A DNA stretch of 64,000 nt from Vitrella brassicaformis CCMP3155 (Eukaryota > Protista > Chromerida): assembly GCA_001179505.1 (NCBI GenBank), contig CDMY01000447.1:1-64000 (forward strand). Reading direction: 5' to 3'. Position numbers and translations under genes: made by a program. Under the pieces are notes generated by a model, which ran no database searches, was not told the origin of the DNA, and saw nothing but the letters and a program-made list of their open reading frames with translations. Each line of letters starts with the position of its first letter. Position 1 is the stretch's first letter. Below, in pieces: positions 37,401-49,000 of this stretch.

Positions 37401-40400
37401 AGCTGACTGGTCGTCGGCGACGCGGCCTTCGCTTCTGTCTGCTGCGGCCGTTCTACGACCCCAACAAGGCGCCGTGTGAGGGGTTCGCGCCACCGAAGCT
37501 CGCGGCCGTCAAGGAAGACGAGGGCAGCACAGAGAGGGAGGAGGAGGCGCCCTCCTCAGCGTCACAACCACCTCCACCACCGCCAGCAGCAGCCGCTGAG
37601 CCGCTTCCGGCCGTCCTGACGGCCGGTGACAACGAGAGGGAGCGGGCTGCGTCGCTGCGCTACCTGGTCGAGTACACGCGGCTGACCATCGCGGTGCTCA
37701 CGGCCAAGTGGGGCGATAAGGACGTCACGCCGCTCGTCCGGAAGGCCGTCAGCGACGTGGGCGGGGCGGCGATCGTGCTGCCCCGCAGCCGCGACCTCTG
37801 GATACCCACACTCGACGTCACTGGGTCGGCCACCTGTCCACTCAAGGACAGCAAGCACAAGCCCCGCGGGGCACAGCTAGAGCCCGACTACAACGCGCCT
37901 CTGTACCTGGCTTATGTCATTGTGAGGGGTGCGACGGGCGAGGTGATATCGCGGCACCACGAGGTGGTTCCTGCGGGCCAGACCGTGTTGATCCCGGCCT
38001 TCCCGCCGGCTTGGTTTGACAGGGTGGCCACTGTGTGGGACTTCCTCACTTCGCTCGAGGATGAGGATGGCATTGACGCCGACGCAGACGGCGGGCGGGA
38101 GACGAGGAGAACGGCCAAGGGCAGGACGAGGAGGCGGGGAGACTGCACACTCACAGGGGAGATCGTGGCATCAGCGCAGTGTGGCCGGCCAGACGTTATC
38201 GACTGGCGGCTCGGCGGGCTCGGCGGCGTCAAGGACAGCAAGAGGGCGGCATCGGACGCACCTGCATCCCCATCGCCCTTGTCGTCTCCCTCTCTCCCGC
38301 TGATGCCCACCACCTTGGCTGATGCTGCCGGCCGCGGCAGGAATCCCTGGATATCGGAGCTGCTGCTGCGGTCCTATGTGGACAGTGAGGTGGCCGCTGC
38401 TGGCGCCTACTGGCCCGTCTTTCCTGGCCCCATACCTCTGGCTGACTCCAAGGCCGACAGCAAGACCACCGGTGGTGGTGCCACGATGGACGAGGACAAC
38501 ACGAACGGATCGACGTGCACCGTCTCGTCGGCCATTGACATGCGGGCACCTTGTAAGGACCGACCGAAACACTTCTCACCCACGCATCGGACCCAGCGCA
38601 TCTCTGTGAGTGTGCTCTGTTCTCTGTCTGTCTGTCTGTCTGTCAGGCACCGTATCGTTTTGGCTCTTCACCGACCCCCAGCCGGCGGCGAGCGCCCCCA
38701 CCCCTGCGCCCCAGGCCACCTCCAACGCCATTCCACCCACCATCACAGTCCCCAAGCCCGTCATGCAGGCACCGCCAGTCATGCCTCGACCAGCTGCTGC
38801 AGCCACCGCAGCAGGGGGCGGAGACGCTGCACAAACAGCTACTGCTGGCGAGAGCTCCCCTCCCTCGTCTGCCTTTCAGGACGTCAGAGAGGAGCCCTTC
38901 CAGGACGCAGTTGCCGAGTCAGCTGCAGACGACACACAGAGGGGTGCCGGTGCTGGGGGTGAGGAGGCGACGGGAGAGAGAGAGGCCGCGAGGTCCCAGG
39001 CGCTTGAGCCCGCCCCTGTGTCTCTGCCCGAGCAGCAGTCGACTGTGAGCGTAAGTGAGGTGTCGGCCGTTGCTGTGGCGTCTGAGAGCGAACAGGCGCA
39101 GTCTGAGGCGGCCCCGCGAGACTCAACGGCATCACAGCCGAGTGACAGTGGCACCGAAGGAGCACCGCAAGAGCAGCCGAGCACCGAGGCGGCCGCAAGC
39201 CCCCCGGCACCGGCCATCGCAGCCACGCCCACTGCGGGACAACAGGAGCAGCAGCAGGCAGACGCCGCACCACAGCCGCCGTCACAGCCGCCGGCTGCTC
39301 CCTCCCCAGCCACCCCAGCTATGCAGCAGCCACCCGTCACTCCTGGCGCGCCAGCCAGCGACGCCTCACCCAGCTCAGCCAGCATCAACCCCCCACGACC
39401 TGTGCGGGCTGCAGCAGATGGGCCAGGCCTCTGGGCGGCAGATGCCTTCGACCACGCAGAAATGGGTGCAGAAGTGGCAGGGCTCATCCTGCACGTGGAG
39501 GCTGCAGAGCACCTGGAAGCCCTGCAGGGCGCCTTCCGCAACGAACTCCGCGAGGCCGCGGCTTGCCGGCTACTGGAAGGGCACTCTGCGGCGGCCGGGG
39601 CGACGTCGGGGGCGCAGTGGCGTCTCATCGCCACTCGAGGCCTGACGAACGCCACGCTGTCATTCTGGTTGACGGGCGAAGACTGCGTGGCTGTGGTGTT
39701 GGCGAGCATGGAGGGCGGCACTGCGGGCGAGCGGGTGGAGGGCGGCACCCGGACACAGTCGGTGGAGGTCATCGGCAAGACGGTCGTGCAGCCGGGGAGG
39801 TGGACGCACATCGCCTGCACCATCGGCGGCCCCGCAGGACAGATGCAGGTCCTTGTCGACGGCTCACCAGCGGGCACTCGCCGCGTCCCCCGCACCTCCC
39901 TGCCATCGGGGCCTGTTCCCTTCCTGCTGGCCCCGCTGCCCCTCACTCTCACGACCGACATCCTCACTTTCGCTGATGGGGGTGGCAGTGGGTCGCGCCG
40001 GACGGCCGTCGCGCCCGTCAAGGGCCGCATAGCCGATTTCCGCGTCTACTATCGCGAGCTGGGGGCGCGGGAGCTGCGCAATGTGATGGCTGACCAGGAC
40101 AAGATGGCCGTCAGAGTGTTGCAGACGCTCAAGGCCGAGGGCGCCTTCCCCTTGTCGAGGCACAACTCGCTTGAAGGAGCTCATGGCGCCGCGGCCAGTG
40201 GCGGTGGCGGGCAGCACCAGGAGGGCGAGGGTATAGCTGTGGGTGTCGGTGGTCCGGTGGTGGCTGGTGCAGGCGGCCGGCTGATGCTCGACGTGCTGCC
40301 CTTCACTAACGCCGAGTCTGACTCGCTGTTCGACGACCTGGATGAGGTTGGGGACGAGGGCGAGGCGAGCGACACCCACACGGACCGGATGGTCAAGAAG

Positions 40401-42859
40401 CTCATCGACAAGTGGCGCAGCATCAAGGACTGGCGAGCCTGGATGGACCTCCAAAGACCCATGGGCGTCGACACACGACGGGTGGCCTGGCGGCGAGCTG
40501 GAGACACTGGCAAGCACCTCATGCCGGTCGCAGGGGCAGGTGGGCCGTGGGAGTTGGTGCTCGAAGGAGTGTCGAAGTGGTGCAACGAGACGGTCCTGAG
40601 CGACATAGTGGAGGCCATCGACCAGTGGGCCGAGGAGGGCACCGGGCCGCCTAGCCCTACTGGCGAACGACGCGCCGCGCCCACACACGACATCGAGCAC
40701 GAACACATTTTGACGGCCGCGCTGCAGCCACGCATCCTGAGCCGCCACCCGCTGCTGATGGATGCGCAGAGGGGCGTGTTTGTGGAGGTGGCCTTCTCCT
40801 TTGTGCGGTCGCTCAACCGCCTAATGGCCTCCATCGTCCACTGTGTGGACCTCTACTCGCCCTCGCGCACGTCCCTCTTCGCCGCCAAAGTCTCCAGGTT
40901 CAGGTGGGTATGTCAGCAGCACACCGGGATGCCTGTTGACCACTGATTGATGGCACCGATCCATTGCGCGCAGGGCTCTGATCCTCCCCTCGCTGAAGAA
41001 CTCGCTCTTCAACCTCTGCCTGACCATGACAGAGGAGGCCCGGGCAGCCGACGGCCGCCTGCGCGTCATCGTCAACCGACCCAAGGCACTCAGGTCCTTC
41101 GAGCGAGGCGCAGACCCCGACGGGCTCAAATCCGTCTTCGGCCAGACGTACCTCGCCGTCAACTTCCTGGACGCCAAGCGGCTTCGCACGCCGCGGCAGG
41201 GCCGCCCCTGGTACGTTCTCTACGAGGGCGAGGGCGGCATCGACGCCGGAGGGATGTTCCGGGACTGCCTGACACACTTGTGTCAAGAGCTGCAGTCGAA
41301 CCGGCTGAACCTGTTTCTGCCCTGCCCGAATTCCCGGGGGTTCGGCGACAACCAGGACAAGTGGCTGCCCAACAGCTCGGCCACGTCGAGCCTGCAGCTG
41401 TCGATGTACACCTTCCTGGGCAAGCTGATGGGGGTGGCCATCCGCGGCCTGCCCTCGCTGGCCCAACCTTCCACCACTGCCTCAACCTGGACCTGCCCTC
41501 GCTGCTGTGGAACCCGCTGGTGCACCAGACAGTCACGTTGAAGGACCTGGAGGCCATGGATGCGCTCTGTGCACAGACGCTCGACAAGGTGAGTGAGTGA
41601 GTCGGCTGTGCCAATTGGTGTCGTGTGTGCAGGTGGTGGTGCATCGCATCATGTGTTGGTTGTGTCTTATGTGGTGTGCAGGTGGCGAATCTTGAGGGCG
41701 AGGGCGTGACGGAGGCGACGTTCCGCGACCTGATCCCCTACACCTTCACGACGACCTCGTCCGACGGGCGTGTGGTGGAGCTGCTGCCCGACGGTGAGCA
41801 CCGGCCGGTCGAGTGGGACACGCGGCACCTGTTCGTCAGCCTCACCAAGCAGTACAGAGTCAATGAGTTCCAGCAACAGGTACACTAATCAGAGAGAAAG
41901 GCGGGAAGATGCAAGGGGTCGGTCGGTCGTGTGGCATGCATGACCGTCCATGTGGTGTGGTGTGTGTTGGGGTCAGATCCTGCGATTCGCCGTGGGCTGC
42001 AGTTGGTGGTGCCGGTGCGGTTCCTGCACTTCTTCACCGGCAGCCAGGTGGAGCGGCTCGTCTGCGGCACGTCGACCATAGACATCGACACACTCAAGGC
42101 GCACACGAGATACGTCGGATACTCGGTCCGTCCACCCACCCACACCACACCACACACCAAAGACGACACCTCGTCTATCTCCCCTTTCCTCTCATTTCAC
42201 AATTGTGCAGGCGACCGACCAGGTCATCCGCTGGTTCTGGGAGGTGATGGAGGGCTTCCCGCAGAGGGAGCGGCAGCTGTTTCTGCGCTTCGCATGAGGC
42301 AGGTCGCGGCTGCCTCTGCGGTCTGCTGGGCAGTGGGAGCAGGAGATGGAGATACAGCGGCCGTACCACCACGACAGACGGCCGCCCAGGTTCCATCCGG
42401 GGCCTCCTGGTGCCGCTGCGGCTGCTGGTGTGCCTCACGTGGACGGGGGCGATGTGGGTGAGGCGAGCGGGCCGTCTTTATCCGCTGCTGGTGGTGGTGG
42501 TGTGGCACCTCGGCGTGAGGACACCATGCTGCCATCATCACACACGTGCTTCTTCCAGGTGCGGACACCTGCACCGCACGGGCATTCATCACACCGGCTG
42601 GCTGAGTATGTGTGTGTGCTATGTGTACCTCTGTGTGCCAGGTTGACCTGCCGGCGTACTCGAGTGCGGCCATCTTGCGGCAGAAGTTGCTGTACGCCAT
42701 CACAGAGGGCATAGCCATCGATGCAGGTGGGGGGGTGTCATTAGTGAATGCCCGGCCAGAGGAGGGAAAGAGACACACACTTTCTCTCTCTCTCCCTCTC
42801 TCTGTGTCCACCACGCAGACCATGCCGCCCAGGACATCAATTGGGAGAACGTCACTTAG
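22472..42859 (+). CDS. Giant HECT-type E3 ubiquitin ligase (HERC2/HECTD4-like HECT; no RCC1 repeats seen), roughly 5,500-6,000 aa by estimate, about 30 introns; HECT domain disrupted as assembled
   Basis: About 30 phase-compatible GT-AG junctions traced from 22472 to 41448 with no stop. The HECT motifs are GEGGIDAGGMFRDCLTHLCQEL, DKWLPN, FLGKLMGVAIRG, GLQLVVP, RLVCG, VIRWFWEVM, FLRFA*GRSRLP, LPSSHTCFFQVDLPAYSS (catalytic Cys present), then IDADHAAQDINWENVT* ending at 42859. The start codon is uncertain. Confidence 0.9.
25000..25520 (+). other. CUB-like domain 1 of the HECT ligase
   Basis: VESHHPY...VHFEGASQMSIIFDERCNTERHRDTLEIY...TLTFSYDPNHGGHYWGYRVYF. This is the ESxHPY...FD...WGY pattern seen in ZZEF1/HECTD4-type CUB-like modules. 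Confidence 0.65.
33161..33199 (+). other. Ubiquitin-interacting motif (UIM)
   Basis: DDELALAIALSLE matches the UIM consensus eee-L-xx-A-xxx-S-xx-e. Confidence 0.75.
33773..34445 (+). other. SPRY/B30.2 domain of the HECT ligase (3 exons)
   Basis: Spliced: RSNNAVPHSLPGYYFEVTILD..SLVSVGL..GGPGCNYSYAYCSDGRFC..GPPFQAGDTIGVGY..IFFTKNG..VRANFGQEPF. Confidence 0.88.
34575..34695 (+). other. UBA/CUE-like domain
   Basis: TLAEFLSEFHPHIPLQLCILALERCGDNLDVASNWLYEN matches the UBA-type ALxxxxxNxxxAxxWL pattern. Confidence 0.6.
36055..36350 (+). other. CUB-like domain 2 of the HECT ligase
   Basis: RESDHPY...VYIPGCQRLLAIFDPRC...WLRFTSSPTSSQKWGYSVVFYP. Confidence 0.7.
39640..40085 (+). other. LamG/concanavalin-like domain
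   Basis: TLSFWL...VVQPGRWTHIACT...MQVLVDG...FLL...KGRIADFRVYYRELGARELR. Confidence 0.75.
41449..42297 (+). pseudogene. Segment of the HECT domain carrying three apparent disabling lesions: 23-nt insertion 41449-41471, 1-nt deficit near 41977-41982, in-frame TGA at 42295-42297
   Basis: Removing 41449-41471 restores AIRGHHCLNLDLPSLLW. The exon starting 41977 (ggtcag|atcctgcgatt) is one base short of the AIRRGLQLVVP frame after the phase-0 donor at 41880. The sequence ttc gca TGA ggc agg gives FA*GRSRLP where HERC2-type HECTs have FVWGRxRLP. Confidence 0.8.
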
Positions 42860-43638
42860 CCGACAGACAGACAGACAGACGGACGGAACGGCCAAGTGCA
42901 TGATACGGTATTTGTGTCTGTCGACCGATGCCCCCCCTGCGCCATAGTACGCTACATGTAGCTCACATATAGCTACATAGGTAGCGCGTCGACGTTTGTG
43001 TAGGTGTAGGGTGGGTGGGCTGGAGGGCGACGGAGCGTTGTTTCTATGTTATGTGTGTACATTACATTCATTAGGGTGAGCGGACGGGCACCTGCCTGCC
43101 TGCCTGCCTGGTTGCCTGGTTGCTGCGTGCCGTCTCAGGGGTATATCTATCTCCCCACCTTCTTGCAGGCTTAGCTGCCCGTCTATCCGACCATCCATCC
43201 ATCCATCCATGAATCAGTATACTTGCTGCTGTGTGTCTATTTATCGCACTCGGATGGATGGATGGAGGCCTTTAATGCCTGCCTGCATTGCATGCCAAAG
43301 CGTTTTTGAAACCCCGGTCTGGTTGGCCTCAGTGTGTGTCTGGTGAGATGAGATGAGGTGAGGTCTGGATGGACCCAATCATATCATGTCTACGTGATGT
43401 CTGTACGTTGGCGTGTCTGTCTGTCTGTCTGTCTGAGTGTGTGTGTCTTTGACCTTTTGCATCGATCGACCGGCGAATAGTTGACACATCGATGTGTGTC
43501 CATTCACATCGCGTCATCAATCAATCAGCCAGCTACGCAAGGAGATGACCATGAGCAAGTAGCGACAGATCAACACGCTACATCGGTCCATTAGAGCTAC
43601 ATTGGTCTCTGCCATTGGCACCGTTGCTAGGGGAAGCA

Positions 43639-45494
43639 TCAACAGCCGCCGTGCCATCTAGCTGTCCTCCAGCCTCCTTCTCTTGGCCTCTCCACACCCT
43701 CACCTGACACAGCACAGATAGCCATGACCCACACAAGGAATGCACGTGTGTCGCTCTGATCTGGCTTATCCCCTGCCCCCATCTCACCCTCCTGCTGCTG
43801 CTGCTGGCCATCGCCGTTGCCCTCGCCATCGCCCTCTCCGTCGATGTCGCCCTCCATGTCTGCACACCCAAGACACGCAAAGATACAAGTGGGGGGCCCA
43901 ACCACACACACACACACACACACATGTATCCCACTCACCCTCATCGCTGTCGCCGTCTTCCGCACCCTCATCATCATCCTCTGCACACACACACACACAT
44001 CCGAGTAAGACACCTAGCAAGGCGGGCTGGGGGCCACGCACCACTTACCCTCACCACTATCGCCATCGTCGTCATCCGCACTCTCCTCTGCGCACCACCA
44101 CACACACGCCGATTCATCCAACCGACACATCGAGGTGGCCAAGGCGGCCGGCTGCACACTCACCCTCATCAGCGACTTCCTGTTGGTTGACCACCATGTC
44201 TGCGATGGGCTGCCCCACCAGGCCGCCCACCAGAGGGACGGTAGCGGGCCGGCGGTCCTTGAAGGCAGCCGATGCATCACCCACTGGCGGCTCGGTGGTG
44301 ACGACAGCCACACCCACTGCATTCAGCAGAACAACACACGTCAAAGGATGGCTCCATCACCAAAGCATCTCTGATTCCTCACCTGTGTCCATGTTGGCCT
44401 GAGTGGCGAGAGCGATGTACGCGACGAATGGGCCATCGAACGGCGTCAGCAGCAGCTGCCGAAGCTCTCCAGGGGGATCCCTGCCGTCACCTCTGCCCGC
44501 CACGACGGCGGTGCATCGGTTGGGGGGCTGATGGGGCGAGTGGTTGAGGAGGCCGATCAGCACACCGCCGTGGGCATGACTGAGGAGACCAACACATAAC
44601 AGAGGGAAGAGGCCCTAATGGATGTGTGTGTGCCTGCGTGTGGTGTGTCCTGCCTACCGGTCCACGTCAACCCAAGGCGTCCACCCCCTATTGGCCACTC
44701 CAGGGGTCATAATGATCCTCATGATGAAGGAGGACGCCGAGGCCTCAGTGATCACCCCATCACCCCCCATCATCGGGCGGAGTCGGTATGGGAGTCGGTC
44801 TCTGACGGGGGGATTGTCGTTGATGGTGTGTGTGTGGTATGGGTGGGCGGGGGGGAGGGGCGGGTTGATGTCCAGCTCAAAGCCCGGCTCGTCCTTGATG
44901 GCACGCACACCGCCGCCCGCCTGGTCGAACAGCTCAAAACGGCCCAACTGGCCGCCGAAGTTGACGTGTCTGCCGACCATCTTCCACAGCGCCAAAACAC
45001 GCGGCTCAGCCAAATACGCCTGCAACAACAGACACACAACACAGCTATCGAGCCATCCATCCCTCCTCGCCTGTCCCCTCCGTCCCGCCCACCTGTTTGG
45101 TGGTGTGCCTCTGCATGTCCTGCACACTCATGGTGACCGGCAGAGTGCAGAAGCCGCGCTGCACCGCCAACTTCAGCGCGTTCCCCGCCTCGGTCCACTG
45201 CTGCGTATCCACCAGCCAGATGGCCTTCAGCAGCAGAGGGCTCTCCAGCTGAGTGTCGAATGCGATAATGCCGTCGAGCTGTTTGGCCGCCAGGCAGCGC
45301 CCCAGCCGATTGCGGAGGACGGCGGCCGAGAAGTCGATCTGCCTGAGGAATGTCGCTGTGCATCTGAGGATGCCGACCTCCTTGTGTTCGTGGATGGCAT
45401 CTCGCTCCTCGCGATGGATGAAATCTATCGATTCGTTGCCTCTTGCCGGCGGGATGGGCTGCCGGCTGCTGGGTACTGTCACCTCATTTCCCAT
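43639..45494 (-). CDS. Orphan multigene-family protein, copy B (paralogue of 9070-10924)
   Basis: MGNEVT...RQIDFSAAVLRNRLGRCLAAKQLDGIIAFDTQLESPLLLKAIWLVDTQQW...AYLAEPRVLALWKMVGRHVNFGGQLGRFELFDQAGGGVRAIKDEPGFELDINPPLPPAHPY...VGVAVVTTEPPVGDASAAFKDRRP. Exon/intron pattern is the same as copy A and junctions are phase-compatible. Confidence 0.72.
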
Positions 45495-46009
45495 TCTCCC
45501 ATTCGAGAATCCCCAAATCCCTGCCTCGCTGGAAGCGTTTCACGCTGTGAAGCCATTGCAGATTGCGTCGAGGATCTAAGAAGAGGCACATGGCGTTTCT
45601 GTCCACGATGATTAGTTGAGACCATCGCATTCAATTGGGTTCCGTGTCCATCCACACGCACACACGCATCCCAACCAACCCGCCAGCCCATTCCCATCCA
45701 CACAGACGTCAGGCCATATTCACAACAGCCAGCCATGCATCCCCATCCATGGCAGGCAGGCAGGCAGGCAGGCAGGCAGACGGACGGACGTTCTCATCGA
45801 TCCATCGTCATGAAGGGTGCGTTGTGGAAGAGTACATAAGAGTCTTGGGCTCAGACACAAGCATCAGACGATGGCGCGGTGAATCAATGTCGTCAGCACA
45901 CCCATTGCGGACCGCTTGCTGAGCGTGCAGACACACACGAACATCACCCCATCACTCACTGCTCATCGACCATGATTTATGTACTGTGGTCGTAGATCAC
46001 CTGCGTGGC

Positions 46010-49000
46010 TCAGCTCGGCTCGGGGCAGTTGACGATGCTCAGGGGGATGCTTGAGACGGGGTACGTGAATGGCGGCCCGCGAGGATCGTCCTTGGCGAAG
46101 AAAGAGGTCTTGGGGTAGAAGGCATGGCCGTAGAGGGGCTGTTGGTGCGGCGGGCAGGGCTGCGGGTGCTGCCCGAGGTTGCACGCCAGGTGGAAGAGGT
46201 TGTCGTCTTTGAAGTAGCCGCTCCACTGGTGCAGCTGCTGGCTGTTGAAGGGCCCCTGCACGGTGGACTGCATGTCGATGTAGTACCACACGCTGGCTCC
46301 CATCGAGTACGGCTGCTCGACCTCGCCCCACACATGGCGCCAGCTCTGCCGCACCACCCGCACCGTCACCGGCGACGGCGGGGACGCGTTGTCATACCTC
46401 AGGGGCGGCCATGTGTTGGGGCCACATCGGCCGTTCCGGTGGGAATGCTGGCGGCATCCCCATACCCTGGATGGCCATCATGGGCATCGGACCTTGCTGC
46501 AGCCACAGGGAACCACCAATGAGTGCACCGACAAGAACAGGCAAACGTAAACACGTGTGATCAGTGTGTGATCATGACTTGGCCTACCACGACATTGTCT
46601 GCCGAGTTCCGTGCGAGTGGGAGATGTTGGTCCACAGGACCGCTGGCACCACCGTCATCGTCATCGCCACCAACATCAGTCCCTGGATACGAGCGAACAA
46701 ATACGACTTCGCTCTCGTGTGTGCCTCCCCTTCCCCCTCTCTTGTGCTCATCCATACCTATAAATGTCCCCTCGTTGAACTCCGGGATCAGCCATTTGTC
46801 CCCGGCCATCCTGCTGCGAGCCAGCACCGCTGCCCAGGGACTGCCCCCCACACATTCGGTGCTCCAGAGGGAGATTCCTGCCGATCCGTCGTCGTACTTG
46901 GCCATCTTGATGTGTGCCGCGAACGGGTCTCCTGCTTTGTCGCCGCAGAGGATGACCCATCGCGACGCGAGGCCGTGGTTGCGGTCGATGACGGTGTGGC
47001 TGTCCCACAGCGGTTTCGGCTAGGCCATGAGTGCAGTGATGCGACGACAAGCATCAGACGACACAAGATGCCTCCGGCGAATCACAAAATGCGACCCCGG
47101 CTCGGCCATCCTGAAGGAAGCGCGAAGGAGAGCAGGAAGAGAGACGACAGGACGCCCTGCCTTGTTGTATTGTCTGTCACGAGAGCTACTGGCAGCGTAC
47201 GTACCGAGAAATGACCATACCGCGGAAAGTGTTGCAGGTATATATACCGCGGAAAGTGTTGCAGGTATATATGCTACATTGATAGACGCGAAGATGTGAC
47301 AACATTGTGACTCCCACACGGTTCCACGAGTGCAAGAAGCGTCGTCGAAGCCGCCCGTGCGCCCCGTCATGGTACATGTACCCGAGTCCATCCACTCGGT
47401 GCCTTGGGGACTCAGGTACCGCGCCCACATGACTGGCCCCTGGTCCGGCAAAGGTGAACATGACGCCATGCCGGCGTCTCTGCGGGCCGCGTGAATGAAG
47501 AGGCCGTATTGCCGCGCGGCACGGCTAGCGAATACCGCATTGTTGCACACACGCTTTACATCGCTCTCGTCCAACTGGATGGGCAGCTGCTGGACATGGC
47601 CGTAGTGTACGGCGAGGTGGATCAGCGCCACACTGCCGGCCCAGTCGCCCCCCAGATCAAGCACGTATTGCAGACGCATCAGCTGACGGGGGCTGATTGG
47701 CTCGTGCGCCGGGCGGTAGTCGATCACACCGGCGAGGCCCTTCCGCTCGATCAGGCCATCAATCGCCGACCTCACCGCGGCCTCGTCCACGTCCACCGCT
47801 AACTGCAGACAGACACCAAAAAGGAAATGTCTCACACGGACGCATTCACAGCCATCCCCTTCGCCACCCTGTGGCCTGACCTGATAGACCTCCAGCCGCC
47901 GTGCGGTGAAGGGGCGGCTGCTCCCACTGTCGAGTCTGTGCCGCCCACGACGAACATCGCCGCGCACACCCAGCACCAGGCGACCTCCGGCAATGGACAG
48001 CCTCCGGTCCAAAGCAGCTGCAGCAACACTCACATTCTGATCGGCCACCGGGACCTCCACCTCTTGCAGGGCATGCGCTGCGTGCATCCATCCCCGATGC
48101 ACCGAGAATAGGGCAACGGGGCACTTGGTGGTGAGATGGGATGATGGGTCAGCGGGCTTGACGAGCTGCCCGTCGATGTGGCAAGCCACGACGTCGCCGC
48201 TGCCGTCGTCAATGACGAACATCAGACCTCGCGATCCCTCCAGCCGCTTCAACAGCTTCTTGCACGAAATGCCGTGAGCATCACTCCTGCACGCAGAGTC
48301 ACACGAACACACACATCAGGGGAGGGAGGGGAGGAATGGTGCGGCAGCGGGATAGCTTACGTGGAAATGCGGCGCAGGTGGGCTGGTTGGTTGTAGCTGA
48401 TCATGCGGGCGAGGGCGTGCATATCGTCGTCGGCGAGTATGTGTGGGTAGACGTCGCTCAGCAGGCCGTACATGTCGCACTCGAGCAGCAGCTGGTCCAT
48501 CTTGTCACTCGTGGTCGTCGGAGGGGACACTGCGGTGCCGTGCTCGCTGATCATCATCCCTATCTGATGGATCGTGTCTCGCTCAGGCATGATGCGAAGG
48601 CGACGAGCGTAGTCGACGATCCTATGAGTGCAACGGCAAACAGAGGGAGAAATGCAGGTGTCCACTGCCACGGCCCGTGCCGTCCTGTGCTGTTGATGTG
48701 TGTCATACTCGCTGAAGTGGTAGGCAGATACACACACGACTGGCGCACTGTACCTGTGGATGACAAACACACACACGATGTATGTATTCCCGTTCCCTGT
48801 GAGTGTGTGGGACTGCGGCGGTGGCTGTGCACCTACGCGTCGAATTGGTTGCGCAGGCTGCTGGTGGTCTCCTGAAGAGTCGACTGAGTGGTGCTGATGA
48901 CCACATCGGGCCGGCCGCCGCCCGCCGACACTCGGATGGAGCGAACAGACTCATCACCACTCAGCGGCCGCAGGAAGGAACTGACCGCCTGTGTCACACG

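Noticed and set aside
23176-40748. Long antisense or alternate-frame ORFs overlapping the ligase (e.g. 38876-40030, 39864-40748, 23176-24123)
   Set aside because: Expected shadows of GC-rich coding sequence, with no domain motifs.
42295-42297. TGA=Trp or selenocysteine recoding in the HECT domain; likewise TAG=Gln at 47020
   Set aside because: TGA ends several intact genes here (2777, 8729, 57155, 58724) and TAG ends ATG8 (12524), so the code is standard. The position is a Trp site rather than a Cys site, and I saw no SECIS.
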